A DNA stretch of 63,660 bases, filler included, from Thraustochytrium aureum (lineage: Eukaryota), in the NCBI GenBank assembly GCA_012862495.1. It is 5 parts of 5 records of this genome, joined end to end, with 100 filler letters (N's around TTAATTAATTAA, not from the genome) between each part and the next. Parts side by side here need not be neighbours in the genome. Positions count along the whole stretch, not along the records: positions 1 to 31,427 come from BLSG01000347.1; 4 more parts are not named here. One strand, 5' to 3'. Under the pieces are notes generated by a model, which had not been told where the DNA came from, did no database searches, and worked only from the letters and a program-made list of their open reading frames with translations. A program made the position numbers and the translations under genes. Below are positions 12,391 to 23,264 of the stretch, piece by piece (positions within the stretch are counted from its first letter, which is position 1; each line of letters starts with the position of its first letter).

Positions 12391-13190
12391 GCCTTGGTGT
12401 TTATGGGTAATCGATGGAGGAGACTCTGCGACCTCTCTTGAGTCTCCTTATGCAAGCCTGAAACGGAATTCTCTGCTCGCAACAGAAGGCACGCGCCGAA
12501 GAGACCCAGACCGGACCCGTAGGAACCGGAATCACGATCAAAAAGTCTGGGAGTTGGCCGAATGATAGCCTTCCGATGTTGACACCAGCGCCCGTGGCAG
12601 ACTTGTTGATGATCGAGACCGTTGCACCAAGCAAGTTATTGGCGAAACAGACGATGAGAACCAGACGATCCCTGCGAGCCCCAGATGTTTCAGTCGAGCT
12701 GCGAGAAGCTCGATTTTGCCGGGTGTTGGTTTTGTGCTTTGGCTAGAGCAGTTGTGGGCGCATATCGTGAGCGAGACAGCTCGGCCGTGAAGAATGGCCT
12801 TCGCGCGGTTTCGCGCGATGGCGCTGGCCGTCGATGATTGGCGCCCTTCATTTTTTACAAAACGTAGCACAGCGCAAGCGCATACGAAAAACAAGCAGGG
12901 GACTCGACGTGCAAAGCCCGGCCTCCATGAAGCGGCTACCGACGCTCACCAAAGCATGCACGCCCGGCCTCCACCAAACCAGTGCAATGCACATGCGCGA
13001 CTTCCTTCGAGACATGTAAGATGCCATGAGCGATCAATTCGCTGGCGCAGAACACTTATCCGTTAGATCCGTTTCGCATGACTTGAGAGGCTGATGTGAT
13101 CCATTCCACCGAGCCTGGCCTCCAGAGCCGGATTGCAAGCAATCGAATAGCTACGGGCCACGGCACTGCGAGGCGGCGGAGCAGGTGGCG

Positions 13191-14329
13191 ATGGCGCAGG
13201 ACGGCGAGGCTCACGCGCTGAGCGCCGCAGACAACCCGAATCGCAAGTCGATGGACCGCGGGAAGCTTATCAATGCAAAGTCGCTGCGCGAGGCACTCGA
13301 GCTATTTGGCGTGCAGAGCGGCGACAGGGTCGACCTGCGCGACCTCGTGATCTACACTTCGAAGATCGAGACAGAGCTCAAGTCGGCGCTGAGCGAACTG
13401 CGAAGCAAGCGCGACTATGATGCTGCGATTCAGGTGCGAAACCGCCTGGGCATGCTCAAGCAAGAGTTTGTGAGCATGCAGGTTAGCACCGCCGAGCAGC
13501 GCAGGACACTCGAGGGCCGCAACTTTGACAAGGCAACGCGCATCTTTAAGACGCTCGACAAACTTTCAGAAAAGGAGGCCCGTGCGGAACTCNNNNNNNN
13601 NNNNNNNNNNNNNNNNNNNNNNNNNNNNNNNNNNNNNNNNNNNNNNNNNNNNNNNNNNNNNNNNNNNNNNNNNNNNNNNNNNNNNNNNNNNNNNNNNNNN
13701 NNNNNNNNNNNNNNNNNNNNNNNNNNNNNNNNNNNNNNNNNNNNNNNNAGCGCGACAACCTCGAGGCCTACATCTCCAACCTGCACCGGCCGCGCGTGCG
13801 GTACTCGAAAGGGCTCTTGGACATGATCCACAGCGAGATGCACTTGAGAAACCTCAACCAGTTTGAGGCCGCCCAGGCGCTTGGCAAGAGCATCCGGGCA
13901 CAGCAGCCCGTTGAGATCGCCCGGCACGAAGAAGAGCTGGCCCACCGCGAGCAGATTCTGCGCCGCAACCTCAAGCTGCGGCAAGATTTTGAGCAGACCA
14001 AGCTGGACGAGCGGCTTTGCGACCTCCGGCTGCGCCTCAGCCGCTCGCACGGGCAGCGCGAGGAGCTCACCGAAGCGCGCTTGCGCCATCACGCGGGCGA
14101 CATGCGGCATCGGCACACGCTGTCGCGCCCGGAAAAGTTTTGCGCTGTCAAGGGCGGCAAGGTGATCCCAGTCCTCAAGCAGCGAAGCGGGTTTCTGAAA
14201 TCAGACTCTGGCTTTCGCGGGACCCAGTTGCTGGAGAGCGTGCAGGGCAATGCGATCAAGGACGTGGTCTCTTTGTGCACGATCCACGACTTTTCCGGCA
14301 ACCAGCACGAAGAGTTCGACCCGCGCTAG
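13191..14329 (+). CDS. Hypothetical coiled-coil protein (spans a gap)
   Basis: ATG 13191 ORF with helical E/R/K/L composition, continuing after the gap as ...AYISNLHRPRVRYSKGLLDM...DPR*. GC3-rich codons. Confidence 0.7.
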
Positions 14330-14385
14330 CTAGATTCCGGTAGCTTTTTTTTAAACCAGAAAAGCAGCCAAAGGTGCTACCTACG

Positions 14386-16512
14386 TCAGTCCTCCGTCGC
14401 TGACTCGTCGGCGTACAGGAAAACCGCGACTATGTACCTGCACCCAGACGAGATCGCGTGACCCCCGTGCGCGAGACGGCCAGGAAAGGCAACCACGCCG
14501 CCCGCGTCACAGTTGAGCGCCGCGTCCAGGCCAGCAAACCAGGTCCCCCCACCGCGGTATTCGCTGCTGTCGTTGAGTGCCACGGTCATGGAGAACTGGC
14601 TCTGGTCGCTGTGCACGGGAAGGTAAAACTGCGCTGCCGCGCTGTACTTGACCACAAAGGCGTCGATGACCCGTATGGAGCGCGGCGCAACGCCGAACTG
14701 AGCGCCAAGGAGAGGAAACAGCTCGCGAAACGCGGGCCGCAAAAGGCTCGCAATGGCATCGACTTGGAAAACGGCCAAGTCTGTCGTTGGAACAGAGTAG
14801 TGACGCGAGCTGGTCCAGCCGCCGTTGGCGGCAGCATACGCCTCGGCAGCCTCGATCACCCCCCTGCAAGTCTCCCTCGGGATCGCAGGGCGGCCAGGCT
14901 TGCTGACGATCACGGTTGCAGGCCCCGACTCGTCCTCAATCGCTACGGTCACAAAGCGCTCGGACAGGCTTTCCGGCTGCGGGGCCGTGCTACCAAGGTC
15001 GGTGAACGCAAACGCTGCCTCGTCCTCGACGAGCTTGCGCAAGAGGTCGGCCCAAACTCCCTCACAGTCCGGGTGCTCGGCCAAAAACCTGGCGCGGACA
15101 TGGTGGGCCTGGCCCCACCGGTCGGCCCAGCCAAGGACGCGCGCCTTGTTGTACGCCGCTAGCGCGTTCGCCGGGTCCCGCTTCAGCATCACGTCGGTCA
15201 CCGCAAGCGCGTCCTCGAGCCGCATATCCTCCTGAGCAGTCTCCAAGAGCCAAGAAAGCTCGTTGGCGGCCATGGCGTCCGTGTCGCCGCGCTCAAAGCA
15301 GCACCTGGTACACGCGCACTCGATGATGCCGCGCTCGGCGAGCTCCGCCTCTCTGTCCTCGAGGTCGAGGGTCCGATCGACGAGGCTCACCGTCAGCGCG
15401 CCGCTCGGCTCGGGGCATCCTTTTAGCGGCCTCAGGGCGGCCTTTACGCCCAAGTCGCCGCTGGCCCACTCGATGGTGCATGTCGGGGCGCAGCTGTGAG
15501 CAAGTGAAAACCCGCCAAGGAGTACTGCTAAGCCCTGCGGGTCGGGGATGTACCTATGCGGCTCGCTCAGGAGACGGCCCGCGGAGAGCGGCATGGCAAT
15601 TCTCTCGGTGTCATCCTCTTTGTCGTCAGCATCTGGCTCGTCGTCGTTTTCGCTTTCGTCCGCACACTGGGCCTGCTTCGGCATCGCCGCGGCTTCCCGG
15701 CCCTCCCCCTCGAGCTCGGCCTCTTCTGCCTCCTCTTCCTCGTCTTGGTCGTCATCCTCGTCTTCGCCATTTGTGTGCTGCAGTTGCGCGACAAATTGCA
15801 CAAGGGCTGGGCTTGCTGCCTGACGGACATGCTCTGGTTGCCCGTTCAGCTTCTCGCAATAGAGCCTCAGCGGCGACTGGAACGCGCCGCTCATCTCGAC
15901 CCCCCATTGGACAGCGAGGCCAAGAACGCGCTCCCACAGCCCCGCGTCGATGAGGCTCTCAAGCTGCTGCAGCTCCGGCACGCCGGCGACCAAGAGGCCG
16001 AACGTGTCTCGAGCAAGTTGGGCGGCCTCCTCCGGGGCGGCAGCCAGCTCGCTCCACGGGCTGGCCATCTGCACGGCCTCTAGCACGGCGGACGACGCCA
16101 AGCCCTGCATCATCTCGCGCGCAAGTCGCGAAAGGACCTTGAGCGCGACCTGGAGCTCGGTGTAGTACCCGGACTGGAACGCGACGAGTCTGTACTCGTA
16201 AAGCGGGTCGCTCTCGTCCTCGCACCTGCTCAAGCAAACCAAGCTGTGCCCGCCCACGACGTCGTCCTGCCTTCTGCAGGCCGCGCAGCAGTACGCCGTG
16301 CCGCAGGGGCAGTGGCTTGGCGGCCCGCGAGAGGCGGCGGCGGCCGCCTCCAAGGCGTCCGAGGAGTCCGTGTCGAGCGCGGGCAGCCCCGGGACGAGGT
16401 CCACGGCGGCATCCACGGGTCGCGCACAAGTGGCGCACCAGCGCCCGGCAGAGACTTGCTCGAGCCGCTGCGCCCACACGACGGTGGCGGCGCCCGCGGC
16501 GCTCGTCGACAT
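14386..16512 (-). CDS. SMYD-like (MYND Zn finger, degenerate SET/post-SET) + TPR + PLOD/P4H-type 2OG-Fe(II) dioxygenase fusion
   Basis: MYND: CATC...CPCGTAYCCAAC...HSLVC. SET/post-SET: AHSCAPTC...LTVSLVD...RGIIECACTRC. TPR: DALAVTDVMLKRDPANALAAYNKA. 2OG-Fe(II): FVVKY...LPVHSDQSQFSMTVALN..EYRGGGTWF...HGGHAISSGCRYIVAVF (HxD...H...R). Confidence 0.85.
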   Translation of the reverse strand: MSTSAAGAATVVWAQRLEQVSAGRWCATCARPVDAAVDLVPGLPALDTDSSDALEAAAAASRGPPSHCPCGTAYCCAACRRQDDVVGGHSLVCLSRCEDESDPLYEYRLVAFQSGYYTELQVALKVLSRLAREMMQGLASSAVLEAVQMASPWSELAAAPEEAAQLARDTFGLLVAGVPELQQLESLIDAGLWERVLGLAVQWGVEMSGAFQSPLRLYCEKLNGQPEHVRQAASPALVQFVAQLQHTNGEDEDDDQDEEEEAEEAELEGEGREAAAMPKQAQCADESENDDEPDADDKEDDTERIAMPLSAGRLLSEPHRYIPDPQGLAVLLGGFSLAHSCAPTCTIEWASGDLGVKAALRPLKGCPEPSGALTVSLVDRTLDLEDREAELAERGIIECACTRCCFERGDTDAMAANELSWLLETAQEDMRLEDALAVTDVMLKRDPANALAAYNKARVLGWADRWGQAHHVRARFLAEHPDCEGVWADLLRKLVEDEAAFAFTDLGSTAPQPESLSERFVTVAIEDESGPATVIVSKPGRPAIPRETCRGVIEAAEAYAAANGGWTSSRHYSVPTTDLAVFQVDAIASLLRPAFRELFPLLGAQFGVAPRSIRVIDAFVVKYSAAAQFYLPVHSDQSQFSMTVALNDSSEYRGGGTWFAGLDAALNCDAGGVVAFPGRLAHGGHAISSGCRYIVAVFLYADESATED

Positions 16513-16551
16513 GGCGGCGGTCCCGGCACCACCCAAAATCGGATCTGCTCA

Positions 16552-17304
16552 ATGCCAATGTCGCGCCGGCGCAGCGCACGCCTCGCAGGTCTCCAGGCGG
16601 GGGCCGGCAGCGGCGGCGCTGCCGAGCCGCCGCGGCGCAAGAGAGCGCGCGCCTCTGCGGTCGAGCGCCCGTCAGAGCGCGCGCAAGACGTGGAGGTGAC
16701 ACCGGATGCGAGACCGCGATGCGCCTGGGCTGCGCGCGACGGCCGCGCGAAAGCCTACCACGACGAGCACTGGGGGTCCGCAACGCGCGACGGCAACAAG
16801 CTCTTCGAGGTCCTTTCGCTGTGCTCGCAGCAGGCTGGGGTGAGCTGGAGCGTCGTGTGGAACAAGCGTGCCGCGTACAAGACGGCCTTCCACGAGTGGA
16901 ACCTGGCTCGCGTCGCGGCGATGACCGAGGCCGAAGTGGACGCGCTGTGCAGCTCGTCCCCCGCCGGCGGCATCATCCGCAACCGCCGGAAGCTGCTGGC
17001 TATCGTCAACAATGCGCGGATTTTCCAGGAAATTGAAGCCACGCACCCGGGCGGGCTCTCGGCCTGGTTGTGGAGCTTTGCGCCGGGTGGCGAGCCCGTC
17101 GTGAACGAGGCGGTCTGGGTCGGCGGCAACGCGGTGCCGACCGAGTCGGAGACCTCCAAGGCGATGTTCGCCGCGTTCAAGGCGCTCGGAACAAAGTTTT
17201 TGGGGAGCATCACGCTCCACGCGTTTGCGCAGCAGGTCGGGATCATAAACGATCACTGCCGGACCTGCTATCTGAACCCGCTGAGCGGCGCTGCTGCGAG
17301 CTGA
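16552..17304 (+). CDS. tag: DNA-3-methyladenine glycosylase I (Tag family)
   Basis: Motifs RCAWA, YHDEHWG, KLFEVLSLCSQQAGVSW, GIIRNRRKL.AI.NNAR, KFLGSIT and NDHCRTC. Zn ligands C/H/H/C are retained. Confidence 0.93.
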   Translation: MPMSRRRSARLAGLQAGAGSGGAAEPPRRKRARASAVERPSERAQDVEVTPDARPRCAWAARDGRAKAYHDEHWGSATRDGNKLFEVLSLCSQQAGVSWSVVWNKRAAYKTAFHEWNLARVAAMTEAEVDALCSSSPAGGIIRNRRKLLAIVNNARIFQEIEATHPGGLSAWLWSFAPGGEPVVNEAVWVGGNAVPTESETSKAMFAAFKALGTKFLGSITLHAFAQQVGIINDHCRTCYLNPLSGAAAS

Positions 17305-17701
17305 GGAAGCGAGGCACGTTGCGAGCGTACGAGCTCGCTGGCAGGCAGAGCGGCTCTTGGTCGGTAGATGTACTTTACGCGCTCGCGGCGGTGTCCAAGC
17401 CGGAGGGCGCCAAAAATCGGAAAGGGAATCTGTCTGATTTGCTGGGGAGTAGTTGAGGAAATGGGCTCAGACTTGCGCGCGTCGGTTGCTCTCGCCGGGT
17501 CGAGCCCAAAGGCGGCAGCCTCGTTCGGCGCGTTGCTTGATATATATTTTGCACGGTTGGAAACGGCGCCCTCCCTCGCGCGAATCCGGCGCGAAAGGAA
17601 CGCGCAGCACTGCCCATTGCCCCGGGGCTAGAGCTGCTCGGGCAGGCGCTGGGCAATGCTCATGAAAGCGTTCGGTTGGATTGTAGTGTGCGCACGCCAC
17701 G

Positions 17702-18376
17702 CTATTTCGTAAAGCTGGGCAGGCACACGGAAGGGGCGGCGGGGGGCTCGATGCCGTTGGGGAGCTCAGCACCTAGCGCGGAGAGCCTCTCCCCACGATC
17801 TTTGTCGATTTCGCTCTCGGACGTGCCGAGCTTGTCGACGGCCTTGGCGCGCAAGATCTGCTCCTCGGTCATTCCGGTGAGCTGTGTAAGCTTGCCCGAG
17901 AAGCCGCGCTCAGTGTAGCTCTGGCGTATCCGCTCTTGCTTTTCCGGGCTCGCAAACAGCGGGCTGCTTGCGTACATGTCTTCCTCGGAGAGGCCGAGCT
18001 TGTTGAGCGCTTTGGCCCGGTCGATCTGCTCCTGGCGCTCGTACCCGAGGAGGGCGATGGCCTTGCTGTTCACCCCGTTGCGCCGCGCACTTCCGGCCCC
18101 CGCCTCCTCGGCGGCGCTCCCCTCCTCAAGAACACTCTCCTGCATGGCGACCACAAGGTCGGCCTCCGAGGTGACTTTGGCAGCGCCGTCATCCTCGCCA
18201 GCGACGACGCCGACCTGCTGGCCGGCCGTGTCGGGCAAAGCATCCCCGGCCAGCCTCGTCGGGCTAGCCGCCGGCGATCCCGCTGCAGCGCCGTCGCCTG
18301 GCCCAGCGACCGCCTCAGTACCCGCCTCGGCAGCGTCCCTGGCTTGCACCAGCGGGTTTACCACCTCCGCCGCCAT
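17702..18376 (-). CDS. Hypothetical protein with short KA..KLG.(S/T)EE helical repeats
   Basis: ATG 18376 MAAEVVNPLV.... Repeats KAIALLG, KALNKLGLSEED, KLTQLTGMTEEQ and KAVDKLGTSESE. The start may lie further upstream in the gap. Confidence 0.6.
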   Translation of the reverse strand: MAAEVVNPLVQARDAAEAGTEAVAGPGDGAAAGSPAASPTRLAGDALPDTAGQQVGVVAGEDDGAAKVTSEADLVVAMQESVLEEGSAAEEAGAGSARRNGVNSKAIALLGYERQEQIDRAKALNKLGLSEEDMYASSPLFASPEKQERIRQSYTERGFSGKLTQLTGMTEEQILRAKAVDKLGTSESEIDKDRGERLSALGAELPNGIEPPAAPSVCLPSFTK

Positions 18377-19455
18377 TCCCGCCGCCTTCGCCCGGTCCTC
18401 GCCGGCTCCACTCGACTCTAGCTCTCCCGCGCAGCTACCACCGCAGCCAACAGGCGCGCCGGGGTCCAGGGCCGCGCAGGCGCAGGCGGAATGTGTCTNN
18501 NNNNNNNNNNNNNNNNNNNNNNNNNNNNNNNNNNNNNNNNNNNNNNNNNNNNNNNNNNNNNNNNNNNNNNNNNNNNNNNNNNNNNNNNNNNNNNNNNNNN
18601 NNNNNNNNNNNNNNNNNNNNNNNNNNNNNNNNNNNNNNNNNNNNNNNNNNNNNNNNNNNNNNNNNNNNNNNNNNNNNNNNNNNNNNNNNNNNNNNNNNNN
18701 NNNNNNNNNNNNNNNNNNNNNNNNNNNNNNNNNNNNNNNNNNNNNNNNNNNNNNNNNNNNNNNNNNNNNNNNNNNNNNNNNNNNNNNNNNNNNNNNNNNN
18801 NNNNNNNNNNNNNNNNNNNNNNNNNNNNNNNNNNNNNNNNNNNNNNNNNNNNNNNNNNNNNNNNNNNNNNNNNNNNNNNNNNNNNNNNNNNNNNNNNNNN
18901 NNNNNNNNNNNNNNNNNNNNNNNNNNNNNNNNNNNNNNNNNNNNNNNNNNNNNNNNNNNNNNNNNNNNNNNNNNNNNNNNNNNNNNNNNNNNNNNNNNNN
19001 NNNNNNNNNNNNNNNNNNNNNNNNNNNNNNNNNNNNNNNNNNNNNNNNNNNNNNNNNNNNNNNNNNNNNNNNNNNNNNNNNNNNNNNNNNNNNNNNNNNN
19101 NNNNNNNNNNNNNNNNNNNNNNNNNNNNNNNNNNNNNNNNNNNNNNNNNNNNNNNNNNNNNNNNNNNNNNNNNNNNNNNNNNNNNNNNNNNNNNNNNNNN
19201 NNNNNNNNNNNNNNNNNNNNNNNNNNNNNNNNNNNNNNNNNNNNNNNNNNNNNNNNNNNNNNNNNNNNNNNNNNNNNNNNNNNNNNNNNNNNNNNNNNNN
19301 NNNNNNNNNNNNNNNNNNNNNNNNNNNNNNNNNNNNNNNNNNNNNNNNNNNNNNNNNNNNNNNNNNNNNNNNNNNNNNNNNNNNNNNNNNNNNNNNNNNN
19401 NNNNNNNNNNNNNNNNNNNNNNNNNNNNNNNNNNNNNNNNNNNNNNNNNNNNNNN

Positions 19456-19743
19456 AACGTCGACGGGACCCTCGTGAACGCCTTCGTGACCGGCAATGGC
19501 TCATTTCATGGCATGAGGACGATTCACATGACCCGTGTAACAACGGTGCGGTTCGAGTTTGCAGGGCAGGACGCGACGAGACCGCGCTGGTTCGTCACGA
19601 TGGACCTCGTTCAGGCCACGCAAGCGCCTTCGCAAGCGCCGACCATGGCGCCCACAGCCTCGTCTTCAGGGCGAACCTGGTCGAAGCCGCTGGTCGCCGC
19701 GGCCGCCGCAGCATTCGCCCTCGCAATGCAAAGTGCTCGGTGA
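19456..19743 (+). CDS. C-terminal fragment of a probable cell-surface (GPI-anchor-like) protein
   Basis: ...ATQAPSQAPTMAPTASSSG...PLVAAAAAAFALAMQSAR*: a TxAPT mucin-like stalk followed by a hydrophobic C-terminus. Confidence 0.5.
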   Translation, partial: NVDGTLVNAFVTGNGSFHGMRTIHMTRVTTVRFEFAGQDATRPRWFVTMDLVQATQAPSQAPTMAPTASSSGRTWSKPLVAAAAAAFALAMQSAR

Positions 19744-19777
19744 GAGGCCGAACGGAAACAAACAGCCGAATAGTTTA

Positions 19778-20097
19778 CCATCTAAAACGGAAACAAACTT
19801 CTATAGGAGAACAATTCCATTAAAGACGGAAACAAACGCCTATAGCGGAAAATGTTCCATTAAAGAAGGAACCAAACATCTATAGCGGAAACATGTTCCA
19901 TTAAAGACGGAAACAAACTTCTAAAGGAGAAAACATTCCATTAAAGACGGAAACAAACTTCTATAGGAGAAACAATTCCATTAAAGACGGAAACATACAT
20001 CTATAGCGGAAACATGTTCCATTAAAGACGGAAACATACATCTATAGCGGAAACATGTTCCATTAAAGAAGGAAACAAACATCTATAGCGGAAAATG
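19778..20097. repeat. AT-rich minisatellite, 8 units of 39-41 bp (last one partial; consensus CCATTAAAGACGGAAACAAACATCTATAGCGGAAACATGTT)
   Basis: Units start at 19778, 19817, 19857, 19898, 19938, 19978, 20019 and 20060. Two unit subtypes, no unique spacers. Confidence 0.95.
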
Positions 20098-20305
20098 AAC
20101 ATCGAAGAGACGCTTCATCACAGCAGAGCTGAACGCGCAACGGCGGCGACGGGCGCCCAGGCAGGCACGCTCGCTCGCTCGCCCGCACAGAGGAGGCAGG
20201 CGAGAAGGCCAGGCAGGACGCGCGGAGCTGGATTGATCGGCTGCCGCGCCGCTCGCTCGCCGGCCCTCCTGCCGCTGCGGAACTAGGGTCGGATTTTTGG
20301 GCGGC

Positions 20306-23018
20306 ATGGCCACGACGCCGAGCGCCGCGCCGAGTGCCTCGCCTAGCCCCGCCGCGGGCACGACGTACCCCACGTCCGTGGATACGCAGATTAGTGGCGA
20401 GCAGCTTGCGCTGTCAGCGGCGATCTATGGGTCGCTCGGGTTGCTGGTGCTCGTGCTGTTCTCGGTGCTGAGGAAGTATGCGAGGCGGGTGTACAGCCCG
20501 AGGAAGCACCATGTATCCGCGAGGGAGCTGCCGCCCGCCGACCTGCCCAAGTCTGTCTGGCGGTGGGTTGTACCGCTGCTGAGCAGGTCGACGGATGACC
20601 TGATTCTGAAACACGTTGGCCTGGACGCCTTTGTGACAATAAGGTTTTTGATGCTCGGGTGGAAGCTGTTTGCCATTCTGATGCCCCTCGGCCTGATCGT
20701 ACTTGCGCCGTACTATGCGTCGATGGGCTCGGCGGCCAACCTGGAGGACCCGACCTCGAGGATAGACCGCATCACGTTGGAGTATATTACCAACCCGGAG
20801 CGCACCGCTACTTACCTCCTGTGGCTCCCCGTCGTATTCGTGTACGGGTACACCGCGATAGGGATCTGGCTTTTGCACCGCGAGTACCTGATCATCATCC
20901 CGCTGCAGCGAGAGTTCAAGCTGTTCCGGGACCGAGCCACTTACACCGTGCTCGTGGAGCGCATCCCGCGCGAAATCTTCTCTAAACGCGCCCTGCGGAG
21001 GTACTTTGAGTCTGTCTTTCCTGGAGAAGTGCTGCGCGTCGACCTCCTCCCACTGAACCAGACCGCCGATACCCTCAAGAAGCTCATCGAGGAGCGCACC
21101 GACGTGCTGTCCAAACTCGAGCGCGCGACGTTCGACGAACACCGGGCGCGCGCCAACGACGCGTCAGGCGAGCAGGGCCTGGCCGACGGTTGGCGAGCGC
21201 GCGAGATTATCTTTGAAGGCAGCAAGCGCTGGATGGGGTTGCGAGGGTTTTGCTATGGTGCAATATGCAAGTGCTTTGGACGCGAGGTCGAGGTGGTCGA
21301 CTTTTACACGCGGGAGCTCGAGTCGCTCAACTCGAGGATCGCCGAGCTCAAGACCAAGCTGGAGCGCGAGACGTTCCGCGAACTGGACCGGCAATACCGG
21401 TTTTCTACCGCGCAGCAGGCGGCGCGGTTGGCGCAGGGGAAAGCGCGAGCAAAGGCGGCGGCCCATTGGCTGCATCCGTCTCGCTGCAACTAGCGAGCAC
21501 GCCTCTGAAGACGGCGAGGACGACGGCGAGGACGACTGGTCGTTTTCGCTGGACCGGTCGAGCGAGGTCGAGTTTCTCCTCAAGCGACACCCCGACGGCC
21601 TCGCCGACGCCGTCCCGAGCGCGGCGTTCGTGACGTTCAAGAGCAAGACGGCGTCCACGGCGGCAGGCCGCGCGTTCATCCCGGCGGAGGACCGACACTT
21701 TTTGGTGACGCCCGCGCCGGAGCCGCGCGACGTCAACTGGAGCCGGCTTGGGTGCAACCCGAGCGCCATCCTCGGCGCCCGCATCGCCGTGCTCGTGCTC
21801 AACTTGATCTTGCTGATTCTGTTTGGGACGCTGACGTCGACCATCTCGGCCACGACAAACCTTGAGGCGATCCGAAAGGGGTGGGCCGCGCTGGACGAGT
21901 TTCTCAAAGCAAACCCCTGGGCGACGACCGTGTTTGACCAGATCGCTCCGCTTTTGCTGATCATCGCGTTCGCGCTCGTGCCACCCATCCTCAACCTGAT
22001 CCTGGAACTCCGGTTCGAAGTGTCGGGGAGCGCCAAGGAGAACTCGTTTTTCCTCAACTATTCGGCGTTCCTGATCGTGCAGCTCTTCCTGTTCTACCAG
22101 CTGAGTGGGGCCATCTTCAGCGTCATCTCCACATCGTGGGACAACCCGCGCGAATTCATCAACGTGATTGCGGCCGCCATTTCGCGGCAGGCGACGTTTT
22201 TCATGCAGTTCATGCTGATCCGCGCCTTTTGGGTGCTCCCCACCGAGCTCATCCGGTTGGGCGACGTCGTCCTTGCGTTCTTGGTAACACCTTTGTTTTG
22301 CGGCATCAAGCGCACGCCGCGCGAGCGCCGCGACGCGACATGCGGCTGCCGCGACCTCACGTTTGCGGGCGACGCCTGGCTCGGCTCGCAGAGCGCGCAC
22401 ATGGTGCTCATTCTCTGCATTGGCGTCACCTACTCTGTTCTCGCGCCGCTGAGCGGCGTCTTTGCGCTGGCCTACTTTTCGTTTGCCATCGTGGTTTGCC
22501 GCAACCAGCTGCTGTACGTCTACGTCAAGAACTTTGAGAGCGGCGGGAGCAACTGGCCCAACCTGGCGCTGCTGTACCTCTTTGCGTTCGGGTTGTTCCA
22601 GATTAGCATGCTTGGTATTTTTGCGCTGGCGGGGGCGGCGGCCCAGTCGGTGCTCACCGTGTTTCCGCTGGTCGTCACGGCGTCGTACGCGTGCTACATG
22701 CACGCAACCTTTGAGCACAACCACTCGTATGTGTCGCTCTCGGACGCGCGCCGCTTTGACGTGCACAGCGTCGTGAACAACATGCGCCACGAGCCGCTGT
22801 CCTTCGAGCACCCCGTGCTCCGCACCCCGGTGCACGAGGAGCCAACTTTGCTCGCGGACATGCTCGCCGAGATCGAGCACCTCGACGAGAGTGACATGTC
22901 CGAGGGCGACGACCGCGGCCGGTCCGGCTCGTTTTCGCGCCTCGAGCAGGACGACGACCGGGCAAACCGGCAGAACGACCCCGAGGACGACCCTCCGTTG
23001 GACCTCGTCGAGTCCTGA
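20306..23018 (+). CDS. OSCA/TMEM63 (CSC1/ERD4) mechanosensitive cation channel
   Basis: Motifs VYSPRK, GLDAFVTIRFL, YTVLVERIP, AAFVTFKS, PAPEPRDVNWSRL, ATFFMQFML and RNQLLYVY..FESGG.NWP. A +1 frame change near 21430-21493 is consistent with an intron ending at TAG 21493 (e.g. 21427-21493) or an indel. Confidence 0.92.
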
Positions 23019-23264
23019 AGGGCTCGCGAAGCGTTGGCCGATTCTGAGGAGGCGAACGGCGGCCTTGTGGAAAGCAGCTGCAGGGCCGAGCCCGGGTGCT
23101 CCCGCGCATGCGCATGAGGTTCCTCTTGTGCCGGCAATGGGCTCGGCCGCAGCTTTCGGTGGAGAGGTTTGTGCACGTTGGATGTGGGCGTTGGTTGCTC
23201 GCTTGTCATTAGCTGTCAAGCGCGCACCGTTGGATCGCCAAACAACACCTCGAGCTGGCGCTAG

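Noticed and set aside
19778..20097. CRISPR-like array
   Set aside because: The variable halves are homologous and recur (two subtypes), so there are no unique spacers. No cas genes, and the context is eukaryotic.
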